From contig CM035362.1 of NCBI GenBank assembly GCA_020137815.1, forward strand, positions 5,146,001-5,210,000: DNA of 64,000 nucleotides. Reading direction: 5' to 3'. The notes below the pieces were generated by a model, which was not told the origin of the DNA, made no database searches, and saw only the letters and a list, made by a program, of their open reading frames with translations. The DNA is from Hormiphora californensis. Its lineage: Eukaryota > Animalia > Ctenophora. Both the position numbers and the translations under genes were made by a program. Below, piece by piece: positions 37,701-50,044 of this stretch. Positions within the stretch are counted from its first letter, which is position 1. Each line of letters begins with the position of its first letter.

Positions 37701-40700
37701 GATGTCAACTCCACAAGAACAGATGGTGATAAATGCTATATGCTGGAAGTAGATTTGGATTACCCTGATGACCTACACGACAAACACACTGATTTTCCTC
37801 TTGCTGTGGAGGGGAAATCGATTGAGAAAGAGCAATTGTCAGAATTTAATAAAAATGCATTGGAGAGAAATGGGGATAGATTTATCAGGACAAGGAAACT
37901 CATCCCTGATTTGAAACCAAAACATAGGTAAGTTGGATGTGACATGAATTCTAAAATTGTAATATTGAAGTTTGAACAAGTTTGAACACCACTGGGTGAG
38001 AATATAATGACCTCTCTTTTCCTTGTTTTGTCAGGTACACCTGTTCACTGAAGAACCTACAGCTTTTTTTAAAGCACGGATTGGTCCTCATCATGATTCA
38101 CAGAATACTCTCCTGCACACAACAGGACTTCATGAGTCAATATATCCAATTCAACTCCAAAAAACGTCAACAATCAACCAATAACTTCGAGAAGGACTTT
38201 TTCAAGGTAAAGATCAACAAATACATTGAAGTTTTTTCTAATCTCTTAAAATTAATTCAATATTAACGTAACTTTTTTCTTTTCAGTTGATGAATAACTG
38301 TGTGTACGGAAAATTTATCGAATCTGTTCGGAAGCACACCGATGTTAAAGTTGCAACAAACGAGAGAACTGCCAACAAATTAACGTCAAAACCCCAGTAC
38401 ATGGGATACCATAGACTTGACGATGACATGGTCTTAGTACAGTGCTGTAAACAAAAAATTGTCCTTGATAGACCTATTGCATGCGGTTTTATGGTGTTAG
38501 AGAATGCTAAATTCACCATGTCCAATATGTGGTACAATGTGCTAAAACCACTTTATGGAGACAAAATAACCCTACTACTCAGTGACACTGATAGCTTCAT
38601 ATACTCGGTTAAAACTGAGGATGGCTATCGAGATTTGTTTAACATGCGGGAGATTATGGATTTAGCAGACTATCATCCGGACACACCCTTGGGATGTTTC
38701 AAGGATACAAGAAACAAGAAGGTTCCCGGAAAATTCAGCGATGAACTGCCTACTGAAATTATAGAGGAGGTAATCAGTTTAAAACCGAAGATGTATTCAA
38801 TCGCTACGAAAAAGCTGACATGCAACACCATACACACAGATGCAAATCACCAGTGTACCTCGAGTTGTACAATTGGTCACTCGGCACGAGCAAAGGGGGT
38901 TTCTAAGACTGCTCAGAGGAAAATTACCCACGATGACTACAAAAAGACATTGTTCGAGGGTATCACAACTACAGCTTCTAGCAGAGCGATCAGGTCATTG
39001 AACAATAATCTTTTTACTGTTAATGTTACAAAGCGAGCTCTGTCATCATATGATGATAAAAAGTATGTCTTGTCTAACGGTGTGAACACCCTTAGTTATG
39101 GACATTTTAGATTGAGATGATTTACTTTGTGTGACTTCCTTTTTTTCTTTTTCTTTTTTGGGAGAAAATGAAACAAATCATGTGTTTGTGTTGAAAGTTT
39201 AATGCTCAAGTGTTCTTAATATTCAATATTTTTCCCGAAAATGTAAAACTATGACAGTGGGGAAATCATTTTTAACTTTATTTTGAAAATTCAAAGATTG
39301 TTTCATGTGTATAGAGAGAGAGAGGGAGAGAGAGAGAGAGTGAGAGAGTGAGAGAGAGGGAGAGAGAGAGTTCTGAATTACAATGGAGTACCTTGGATAT
39401 AGACATAGAATATAAGTGTCAAAGTAGCACATTTTGACCAGGGAGGATAGCTGGGCCCCCTAAGGCGTCGAAACTGCAGGATTATCTTGTAGTGCGGATG
39501 TCGTGGGTTCGAATCCCACCGATGCCATCCCCGGCTGTTCTCCCCTTTTACTATAAAAAGCAAATAAAGATGAGATATAGTTTACTTTGAGAAATGTCTC
39601 CAGTAGCTTACATCACATCCGTGCTTCTTGTCAACTCATTCATTGTTCAGTTTCAGAATCCAAACTGTACACACTTTCTTTCGTTGTCCGGCAGTGATGA
39701 AACACGTCTAGAGTTACACCGAGCTGAGGATCTTATACAACTCGTAATTCACAACACTAGCTACAACCCTACTAAAATATAGTTCGACGCGACGCAACGC
39801 GCGATCGATGAACGATCGATAAACGATCGATAAACGATCGATATCGATCGTTTATCGATCGTTCATCGATCGCGCGTCGCGTCGAACTATATTTTAGTAG
39901 GGAATGTACAAATGTACACATTTATCTCAAATGGTACATTCTCGTTTGTATGGCCGTCAAAGTCAATCGATGGTGTTTCAATGAAACTTGTGCACAATAT
40001 TGGAATCTTTCATCAGCTAACATTTGACAGACTGACAATCCACTGTGATGTTATACATTTTCAAGGAGGTGATTACCAGGAGTATAACACAGAAGAGGAT
40101 GTGTATCAATGCAATCATACCTCTTCGAATAATATTATTCTCTATTGTCTGCCAGTGATTGTAATTTTCACTCTCATTATCGGGGGCAATATGCCAGATT
40201 TTGTGAAATTCTTCATTGCAAAATACAATCTAGTACTTAACGGACAACATACCGTGGCGCAACAGGAGACCACTATATAAGACCAAAATAACAATTTCAT
40301 AATTTAACAACTATGAATACATATTCTTTGTTAGATTATTTTGCTGGAGGATCGAATTCTGACTCGCGTTTATTCTGTTCAAAATGTACTATTCTCAAGC
40401 GATGTTGGAGACATAATGTAGTTGAACTACCACATCACAAATATCAACCTTTGAAGTGGGAAAGGATACCTCTGCGAAAACTCAAAAATATTCGCAGAAC
40501 GACCATATAAAAAGACCCTCTATGAATATAATACTCATTTCCAACTATGGTTGCTATTGATAACACAGAGTTTTATGATGACGTTTGGGGAAAAATTGGC
40601 TCCCTCATTAGATCATACGGAAACGTTCTTAGCTATGAGGCTACTTATAGCTTAACACACGATAGTTTTCGCTTTCCTGTCACATTACCAGACCAAATAG

Positions 40701-43700
40701 CCCCTATCATCGCTGGTATTGACAGAGGATACAATGGAAATCCAGTACGAATCGAGATTGGATATTTCTGGGAAAATGAAGGTGATAATCGACGAGGATT
40801 GGGCACGCACCCTCACCTTTTGACTGTCGCAGATATTGTTCAAAAGGACATTGTTCGAATGATTAAACCTAGTCGAACTATAAGTGTTATTTCCCTAGCA
40901 TTTATCCGTGTGTTAGTATTTAAATTAGATGAAGTTGATGAAGATTATGATATTTGTGACTGTGAAATGTGTAGTATTTAAGACATGTTTCTTTCTGTAC
41001 TTTTATTTCTGAACTCTTGTGTTTTTTAAATTTGTCCCATGGGTCTGTGCTGGTCGACGAAACCATCTTTTGATGAGGATGCATGGGAAAGTCTCTCACC
41101 TACAAAAATACCTTTTGCAGATGAATTTATTGAAAAACAGGAGGTTATAACACGAGTTAGAGAAGCGAACCAAAAAATGCTTGCTTGGGAAATACCAGAG
41201 GAAAAATGTCAACATGTGAAGTTTCAACATGATTTTCATCATTTTTACCCTCCTGTATATGATCAATATTCACCAATTAGTGTAAAAAGCTTTGATCCAG
41301 CTGATATTGAGTGTGATTGTGGGCGTGATTGTGGACATAGTTAGTAAGACGACTAAAACACTCTTGAATTATGAAAGACAATATTTGTAAACAAACATAT
41401 CATTCTGTTTTAAATTCCCAGAAAAGGGTTGTAGTGTCTGTTTCAAACTTTCTATCGACAATCTCTCTACAAAATATAACGCATAATATCCACACGCATT
41501 GCTAGTTAACTGTTGGAGGATCTTATTATTATAAATCACACGTCCTTGCACTATACCCTTCATTGTATCCACAAACTCATGCGTGAATGTAGTCTCATTA
41601 CGATTCAATTTGCGACCATAGCTATCCATGAAGTAGGTGATTCCACCTTTGTATACCACAGCAATCCAATGCTCCCCTGGTTTGCTAGAAGGCGAAGTGT
41701 TCACTATGATACTCCAGTCACCATCGGGTAAATCCGACACCTCATCATAAGCAAATGCCCCTTTAAAGTGATTTGTTTTGATATCATCAAAGGTTTTTGT
41801 AGTTAGAGATTTCATTTAGGGATTAGTCACATTATAGAGCTTATATAGCGTAGAGTTGACGATTTTTGTCGACTTCAATGATGCGATCATAGTAGGCGAG
41901 TGTAAAGAGAACTTTGTCAGTTGTGGATTGTTTTAGCAACTCCAGCACAATCCTCACATTCCCACTCTTGTTCAAGTTCATTCCATGTTGGTTTTGTGTT
42001 TTATCCTGTGTCAAATCAAAACCTAAAGCTGGGTAAACACGGAAATGATGCATTATGAAGTTGTCTTTTCGGGCACCGGTTGCCTCACCAAGAGCAACCA
42101 CCATATTTGTCTCATCGTGATCTGTCATCTTCAACATTTGTGGGTAGTACTCTACACCATTTACATATAATTGCACGCTCTTCACCATGTGTAATGAAAA
42201 AGGATTCTTGTTACGGTTTCTTCCAAAAGCTGAACGATCTTGGATACCAACATAGAAAAAATAGGGTAGAGTACCATTGAACAAGTTGTCAATTGTAACG
42301 ACAGATGTTGCAATAGAATGAATTGACATTACTTTTTTGTCGGCATGATAAATGGCGTTTCTTTTTGCCAATTTTTGCTCTAACAAATTGATCACATCAT
42401 CTCTTGGTTGCTGGTAAGTACATCTAAGGAATACCCTATCCAGTTTAACTTTGGAAGTGTCAGTTGTAGCAGACATGAGGATAGTTTCATCATAGTTTTT
42501 TGTGAGTTGCACTTGAAATTCCAAATCGGAGGGAAGAAGAGTTGCCTGGTTGAAAAGCGTGACATTTAGTTTAGAACAGAGGAACATGGTCTCTCCTCTA
42601 GCAATTCTCTGAGCTCGTATCCGACCATTCTTATTCTTTGGTTCTATTTTAGTATCTTCGGGATAATATGTTGTGTCTTCACTTTCTGTTTTATCACCTA
42701 CATCATCAAGTAGCAGCCCCTCTTTTCGGAGTAAATAAGGTCGTTCACCACGGCCATGATGTATACAATCATCCCAAAATTTGAACATAGCATAGGAGTT
42801 ATCATATGATTGAGTTAGGGATACACCTCCAGATGAAACTTCTACATTTCTCCACAAAATAGCACCAAGGTGAGGTGCGGTGGATACATTCACTCTATCA
42901 GCAGGGACAGTACCATCACCCGATAGTACCCTCATTTCTGTGTAAACATCAATCGAGTCCAACATATGTCGTTCTAAACCGGGAACTGTAAACGAAATAG
43001 TGTCTGAGCTATCGATTGAGTTGTTTGGATATACATCAATTTGCTTTGTCGCGATAATGCCAGTTTGTGTTGACATGGGACTCCATAGATGAAGTTGGGT
43101 GGGAAGACCCTCGGAAGACTTGACGTATTTTGTCATGATACGTTTTTTGTCAAAAGAATATGATTGTTACCTTATATACCCTATGAGAGTGCATCACGTT
43201 TTCGTTTTCCAATCTTTTTAGTGAGTTTGTTAGTACCAGTCTCAATTTGTCTCGCAGCATATTGACCAGCAGCATTTACGAGCTCGTTTCCAGCAGTTTG
43301 GAGACCAGGTTTTGCAATTTCGAAACCTTTTTGGAGGAAGGTTTTACCTATTGGAGCTACGCTACGAAATAATTTTTTGAGAAATCCTCCAATTCCGCCC
43401 CCTCTCTGATTGTGATAGACACCGAGATCTGCGTCGAGAGCCCTATCAAAATCAGCTGTTGCTCGAGGAGATGGATAATACAGTTGACGCATGGTTTTGT
43501 GATTGATTGGACTGGTTTTGAATTGTATTTATAGTACACTGGTAACACATTTTTTAACGTTTCTGAATGTTTAAGATAATAACAGTGGGTAGGATGGCAA
43601 ATTTGAATAATTTTCCCTCAATATCTGTAAATCGAAAGTGTAGATCTGTAAAAGCATGCACAGACAAGGGTCGATACATGGGATTAATTACTTCATGGTA

Positions 43701-46700
43701 ATTGTAACCCTCTTTAGACTTTATGGGGAAACATGCCAACAAATGGGATTGTTGTTGATTTATCGACATATTCGCCACTACAGAAGAATACAAAAATGCA
43801 ACTTCACTCTGGTTCTCCAAAACATAATTATCAATATTTAGCTGATTAAGATATACAAGCTTAGATTCATCATCGTAATTACAGAAACCAAATATTCTCA
43901 TTAAAGTGTCATGTTCACCTCCAGTTATCAACTTAGTGGGTTTTGGTAGTTTTAGAACCACCTTACCAGGGTCAGGTACTTTGAAACTCGAGTCTATTTC
44001 ATTTCTTAAGCATACATCATGCATCGCCTTGACAATCTCACATGTGTTAGCATAGAAGCCAGGAACAATATTCAACTCTTCTGTAGCATCCACTTCAAAA
44101 AGTCGAAATGTATTATTTGATTCGGTGATATTGTAGGTTGGACCGTGGAATATCCCTTTTACTGCGATTTCAAAGTTGTCAGATAAGCTGATAGAGTCGA
44201 GAAAGTTGGACGAGAAACTACTTCGTCTTTGATTTTCGCTTGTTACGATTATATCCATTATTGATCAGAGCCTTTGTTGATTTTAAATGTTTGGTACTGC
44301 GGCGCTTTTTACTCTTTCCCAGCTTTGATTTCAACACAACTCCCAAGGTCCTTTTTATAGGGAGAATTTCAGTTGGAATGTCAAGAGATTTTTTCACTGA
44401 CCCGTCTTCAGCTATCAAACGATATCTCATAGTAGTGCAGGTAGGATAGGGAGTATAGTTTGTAGAATTGAACGAATTATGGATCCACCCTTTTGATTTG
44501 CCTTTATAGGAGCACGGGCATGTTTTCTTATGAAACTCCGATGACGCTTTAGTTTTTTAATTTCTCGTTCGCCCATACTTAAACGGCCATCCAAAATACT
44601 CTTGAAAAGGAGTTTCAGAGCTTTACGAAGGGAAGGTGTGTTTTCCAAAACAATCTGAATTTGAGCATTGTTCTTTCTGGAAAGTAATTTCATTACTGAA
44701 TGATGTCTTTTCAGTATCACAGGAATATGTTTGGGCATGATGTAAAGTAGTCTGTAGTTACAAGCAATTCTTCTGGAACTCTTGGATGAAACGAAAGTAA
44801 CACAAACTGGTATGCTCCGATATATTTATAGGCTTCCATGAGACGCCAATTGTCTTTTCCGAGTATTTGTCGTGCTAGAGTATTAATCTGTGAGAGGTTC
44901 CTCTTGTTTTTGAAAAGAATCATATATTGAGTATTCTGACTAATGAGACGATAATTCTCATTATTGAGAAACACACTGTGGGTAACGAAAATTGTTGTTG
45001 TCTGTTTGTGGTGTGACCCTGCTATAAAGTGTTGGGCCATTTCCTTGTTTAGTTCTAACATCAAGTCGTCTAGAATCAGCAGCTTTGGCCCGTCAAACTG
45101 ATCTATCACATCTAGTTTGAGTCCGTGTACAAATTCAATCTTTTGTTTGTTCTCACTGTTCCATGTGTCCATGAACGGTTGGTGCGCTGCATAGAGGTAG
45201 TATATCTTTTTTGGCATTGGTGAAATTAACTCCTCTCTCACAATTTTCATGATTGTGGTGGTTTTACCGCTCCCACTAGCACCAATAACAAGGATATTCG
45301 AGTTTGCAAGTAACCGCATGATAAGTTTGTAAAATAACACAATCAATCTACTCTTTTATATATCAAACATATCAGACTTGTCTACCCATCTATTCTCTGA
45401 TTCGGGATAGTCTTTGAAACTAACAAAATATTGTTCATGACCACGATGTTTTCTTGTCTTTAAAACTTTATCGATTGCATAAATTTGATTATCTACATCA
45501 ACTTTCTGGACCTCTGCCTCGTAGAAACTTCCCTGTAGTATCTCACCTGAAGAATCTTGTAATCGATATGTAACAGGATTTGTATCCCTCACCTCATCAA
45601 CAGTGAAAACTTCATAACTCCAAGTTTGTTCATACCCTTTCTGGAAGATATCTTTCATCCTAGAAACACGTACGGTGTCTCCAACTTGGAGCTTTGGGCG
45701 AGGTCGTGGGGGTTCGTTGGGGTATAAATTTTCACGCACCTCGTTTTCATTACTCTTGTTCACTTGGTTAGGCTTCATTTTGATAGCACGATGATAACTG
45801 TTGTTGTAGTTTCGAATCAGGTTTTCCAAAATGTCAACCCACCGATGGGATCCTTGGCTGGTGAAGGCACGATATAATTTTGATTTTATTGTTCGATTAC
45901 ATCTTTCAATAATAGCACATTTGCGATCTGAATAAACTGTGTAGGTGTCAATATTAAGTCTGTTAAAAAGATCAATAAGTACTTTATTCTTAAACTCTCC
46001 ACCACCATCAGTCTCAAACTTTTGTGGTTTCAATCGAGTGAGTAATGATTCCAACTCGTCATATACACTCTTTGCAGATTTATTCTTTAATTTGAAGGCC
46101 CATAAACGTTTGCTAAATGTGTCAATAACCATCAATATCCATTTGAATCCATTGTTTTGTTTGGAGTATGCACTCATATCAACTAAGTCGGCTTGAAAGT
46201 GGTAGTTTATCCCCCTGGAATAGATGCGTCTGTAGCGTCTTGGTTTGCGAACAGGTTTATGAAGTGTATACGGATCGCTTTTCAATAGAGCCTTTTGAAC
46301 TACAGATCTTTTCAGTCCTTTAATTTTTTCTTTTGTTGATCGATAAAAACTTTCTTTTCCTGCGAACGCCCCATGTGACACAGGATTTATGTATAACTTT
46401 TGGATCTTGTCTTTAGGTTTTTGTTTCCTTCGACTTTTCCTTTTTCTCATCATGTCGATAAACGTATGAATTATACATCGTGGGTTATGTTTTCTTCCTT
46501 TTATAACAGGAGCAACAAAACGTGTTTGGAAGTTTAGGAAATGATACTTATTAATTATTCCATGAATCTGATTGGTTAATAGGTAAGACACTATAAAAAC
46601 ATTAAAAACCTGACTCTACACGTCACTTCCGTAATGTTGTACTTTGAAAATGTTTGGATAGCTGCACTGACTGATAGCATGGTTCGGAGAGTGTGTAATA

Positions 46701-49700
46701 TTTCGGAGAAATTATGTCCTGCACATAAAGCTGGCCTGAAATCTCCAATTTTACACCATTGTCAACAAGACTCACTGCTGGATAAAATCGGAAAGCACTT
46801 CCATACTGCTCAAGGGGAACTCTTGAGAAATCTTGAGAAGGAATACGAGGTGATATCTTCAAAGTTACCCAAGTCAGATAGCCCCGAGGATGATAAAAAG
46901 TGTTACATTAGTTGTGGAAGGAGTTTTCTGTTAACTGTTACACCAGAAGCCTTGTATTACGGGCGATATATGAGTGAAGACTCTGACAAGTTGATTTACA
47001 CCAAAACTTCAAAAAAGAGGAAGTTGAAATGATCAATTATTATAAATATCTTCATTTTTCTAATACCTTGCAATGAATCGTGTTTTTCCCTTCTTCTTTT
47101 TTGAATACAAAAGTTCATTATAAGGTCATTATAAAGATCATTATAAAATCTCTTTTTCTCTCACTTTCTTTCTCACGTCCTCTTAACTAGTACCACATAA
47201 GATAGAGAGAGAGAGAGAGGGAGAGAGAGAAGGAAAAAAAATCTCTCTCTCTTTTTCTCTCTGTCTCGCTCTCATTCCACGTTCAGCACTCTTTTACAAT
47301 CACACAACCATGAGTCACGTGACTCATCATAAATAGTTAGGATCGTTCCTGGAGTTGGTTGTTCATTATAAGTTCTGTGTTATAAAGATCATTATAAAGT
47401 CTCTCTCTCTCTCTCTCTATCCCTCTTTCTCACGTCCTCTCTCTCTCTCTTACTCGTTCTCATTCTACGTTAGACAGACATCATACGAGATTCCGTGTGG
47501 GAGCGGTTCGTTTAGTGGATTGAGAGGGGGAGAGAGAGATAGAGAGATAGAGTAAAAGTGTATTGTCATTAGGGAGAATCGTTCCTGGAGTTGACTGATT
47601 CCATGAGTCACGTGTTCAACACTTTAGGTATTATATAACCAACCATCTAGCTGACCTCAACTAAACTTCTCTTACCCATCCTAACCTCTGTGCCGAACAT
47701 TACTGCCGAACATGCCTGTTGTGTCTCTGATTGTTTACCTCATCGAAGAGCATCAGAGGACGAAAAGCTACCGGTAAGTCATGTCTTGAATGTTCTCATC
47801 AGCTTTTTTCATAGTGAGATTTACAGCTTTCGACTTGCTTTTTTTTTTCTTTTTTTTTTTTCCGCGCTCGGTTGAATACCGTAGGTATTCACCTGGATGT
47901 CTTTTGCAAAAAGGCATAGCTGTTAAGAATTCGAAAATTATACACAGTGTTGCTTGTAGTGGAAATACGATTTCTGTCAGAAACATGTTGTTCCCTATTT
48001 CGGTGTTGATGATCGTCAGACCCTAGTGTTGAATCGATACTGTATTCTCACTACAAGCACCCCTGATACTAGAGAGATGTCACAGCCACAAAACTAACTG
48101 TTTTTTTTTATCCCTTTCAGAAAGATTTTTACGGATCAAGGAATCTACATATGTTTTGACAAGTCTATCAAGATAGAGACTAACAAGAAGGTAGTTTGTG
48201 TGGTAAAGAAAGCGAAGCCCCCCCAGAGATCCAATATCATTTTGGTAAGAATCAACTCACCCTAGAACAGCTTTCTACTTCTTCTAATTGTTGAGTTCAC
48301 CATACACCTCATTTTGACTGTTTTTGAGTCCTACCCCTTATGAGTTTGGATATGGTCATCGTCACACCCCCTATCCGTGACTTGCCAGAACCCGAATTTG
48401 ACAACTATTTTTTTCCCCTCAGTGCGTTATTCTGTCCAAAGATGTTACTGGGGAAAGTAGTGACGACGACGATGAAGGTAGTGACGAAGGTGCGCTTTCA
48501 AACGAGACACTTGATCCAGATGCAGACTGCGATTCAACGAAGCGAGATGACAGTGCCGGCAAACGCCGAAAGATCTTGATTGAGTGAGACTGTGGGTGTT
48601 AATTGTTAACTGTGGGTGTGTTCAGGCATGTAGGGGAAGTTTTGAAAGTGGTGGGGCCAAATTTTTTTTTGGTCACGTGATATGACATACACTGACTTTT
48701 CTATTGAAAATTCGATTAGATCGGGCGAAGCGATAGCGGAGTCCGAGAAAATTTTTCGGTTTTTAGGGCAAAAAGTCATAGTTTTTGTCTAATCATGAAA
48801 AGAACTGGGGCCATTTCCTGAAAAGTGCTGGGGTCATGGCGTACCCTGCCTCCCCTTCCCCTACATGCGTGGGTGTGTTTCACAAACAACAAAAAAAAAA
48901 AATAAATAAAATAAAAAAAATAAAAATAAACTCTTGCATGAGTCTGTTTAGAGATATTTGTGGGATATGTGAGGTCACCTATTATAGGGGACCAGGCGAT
49001 TAGGACCAGGGGATGTGCAGCGTCACTCAATGATACAAATTATATAGCTGTAGTGTTTAGTACCCGTTTACTGATGATAACGATCGTGTTATTACCTGTA
49101 GGATGACAGTGACAACATTGGCTGTCACTAGTAGTGTTCTGTACAGTATTCTCTCTCCCAGTAATTTACACCGTGGTGAACCTTGTTGTTTAACTGTCTA
49201 TGTACATGTGCACTGGTATCCATCACTCATTTCATAGGGTGGGGAGGTGGTTGGAGGCCCGGTGGGGGTCCTGATGGTAGCTGGATGTCTGCCAGCGATA
49301 CAGCTGGGGGTGGAAAGTTGCCTGGGTGGAAGTTATGTGGTTGGTGCTGGAAATGAACATTTTCAGTCCGTCCGGAAAGATATGGATTTTGGTACGATCC
49401 AATGTTTGGTGTGGAACGGACACTATCTGGTGTGGAAACCCGTGAGGAGTCACGGGGAATGTGCTCTTTGCTGAACACATTGATCTCTGATTCCGATGTA
49501 GCTGTCCGTGGTGGTGTTTGATGGGGAGACTGACTTCGGGGTACAAACTGTGCTACATCGACATTTAACAGACTAGAAGTGATTCTTTCCTCTCCGTACC
49601 GACTAGAAGTGATTCTTTCCTCTTCGTACCCCTCATCACTCTTAGATCTCTTGTAGGATGGTGATGAGATGGATAAGGTTTGGGAAACGTTGGCTGGGGA

Positions 49701-50013
49701 GACACCATCATTGCTGGCCGTGGAGAGAGAGAGAGAGAGATACACCATCATTTTCCCCAACGGGTATTTTATCATATGACCTGTTTTGATCCTCTTTTTG
49801 GGAAGATTTAGTTTCTTTCCATGATTTCTGCGAGTTTTTGGTTATATTTTTGCTCGCCGCTGACAAGGCTTTCCGGTGAAGCTGTTCGATATTCAGAGTC
49901 TTTCTTTCGGCCATCATGGATGTTTCGGTTGCTAAGAGGATAGGAGAAGAGAAGGATTAGGTGATTTGAATTGAGCATGTTTGATTATTTCATAGTATGT
50001 TGAATATCTATCC

Positions 50014-50044
<31 letters not shown>

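Noticed and set aside
37520-38290. pPolB as a frameshifted pseudogene
   Set aside because: All breaks are bounded by canonical GT-AG sites whose removal restores conserved motifs exactly
39441-39549. Canonical tRNA gene
   Set aside because: No 7-bp acceptor stem adjoining the T-arm, D-loop GG replaced by CC, no proper anticodon arm; the alternative long-stem fold fits better
40266-40280. C-terminal ETTI as a PDZ-binding motif
   Set aside because: Can be explained by the overlapping TATA/stop motif, which also gives TTI* in the next ORF
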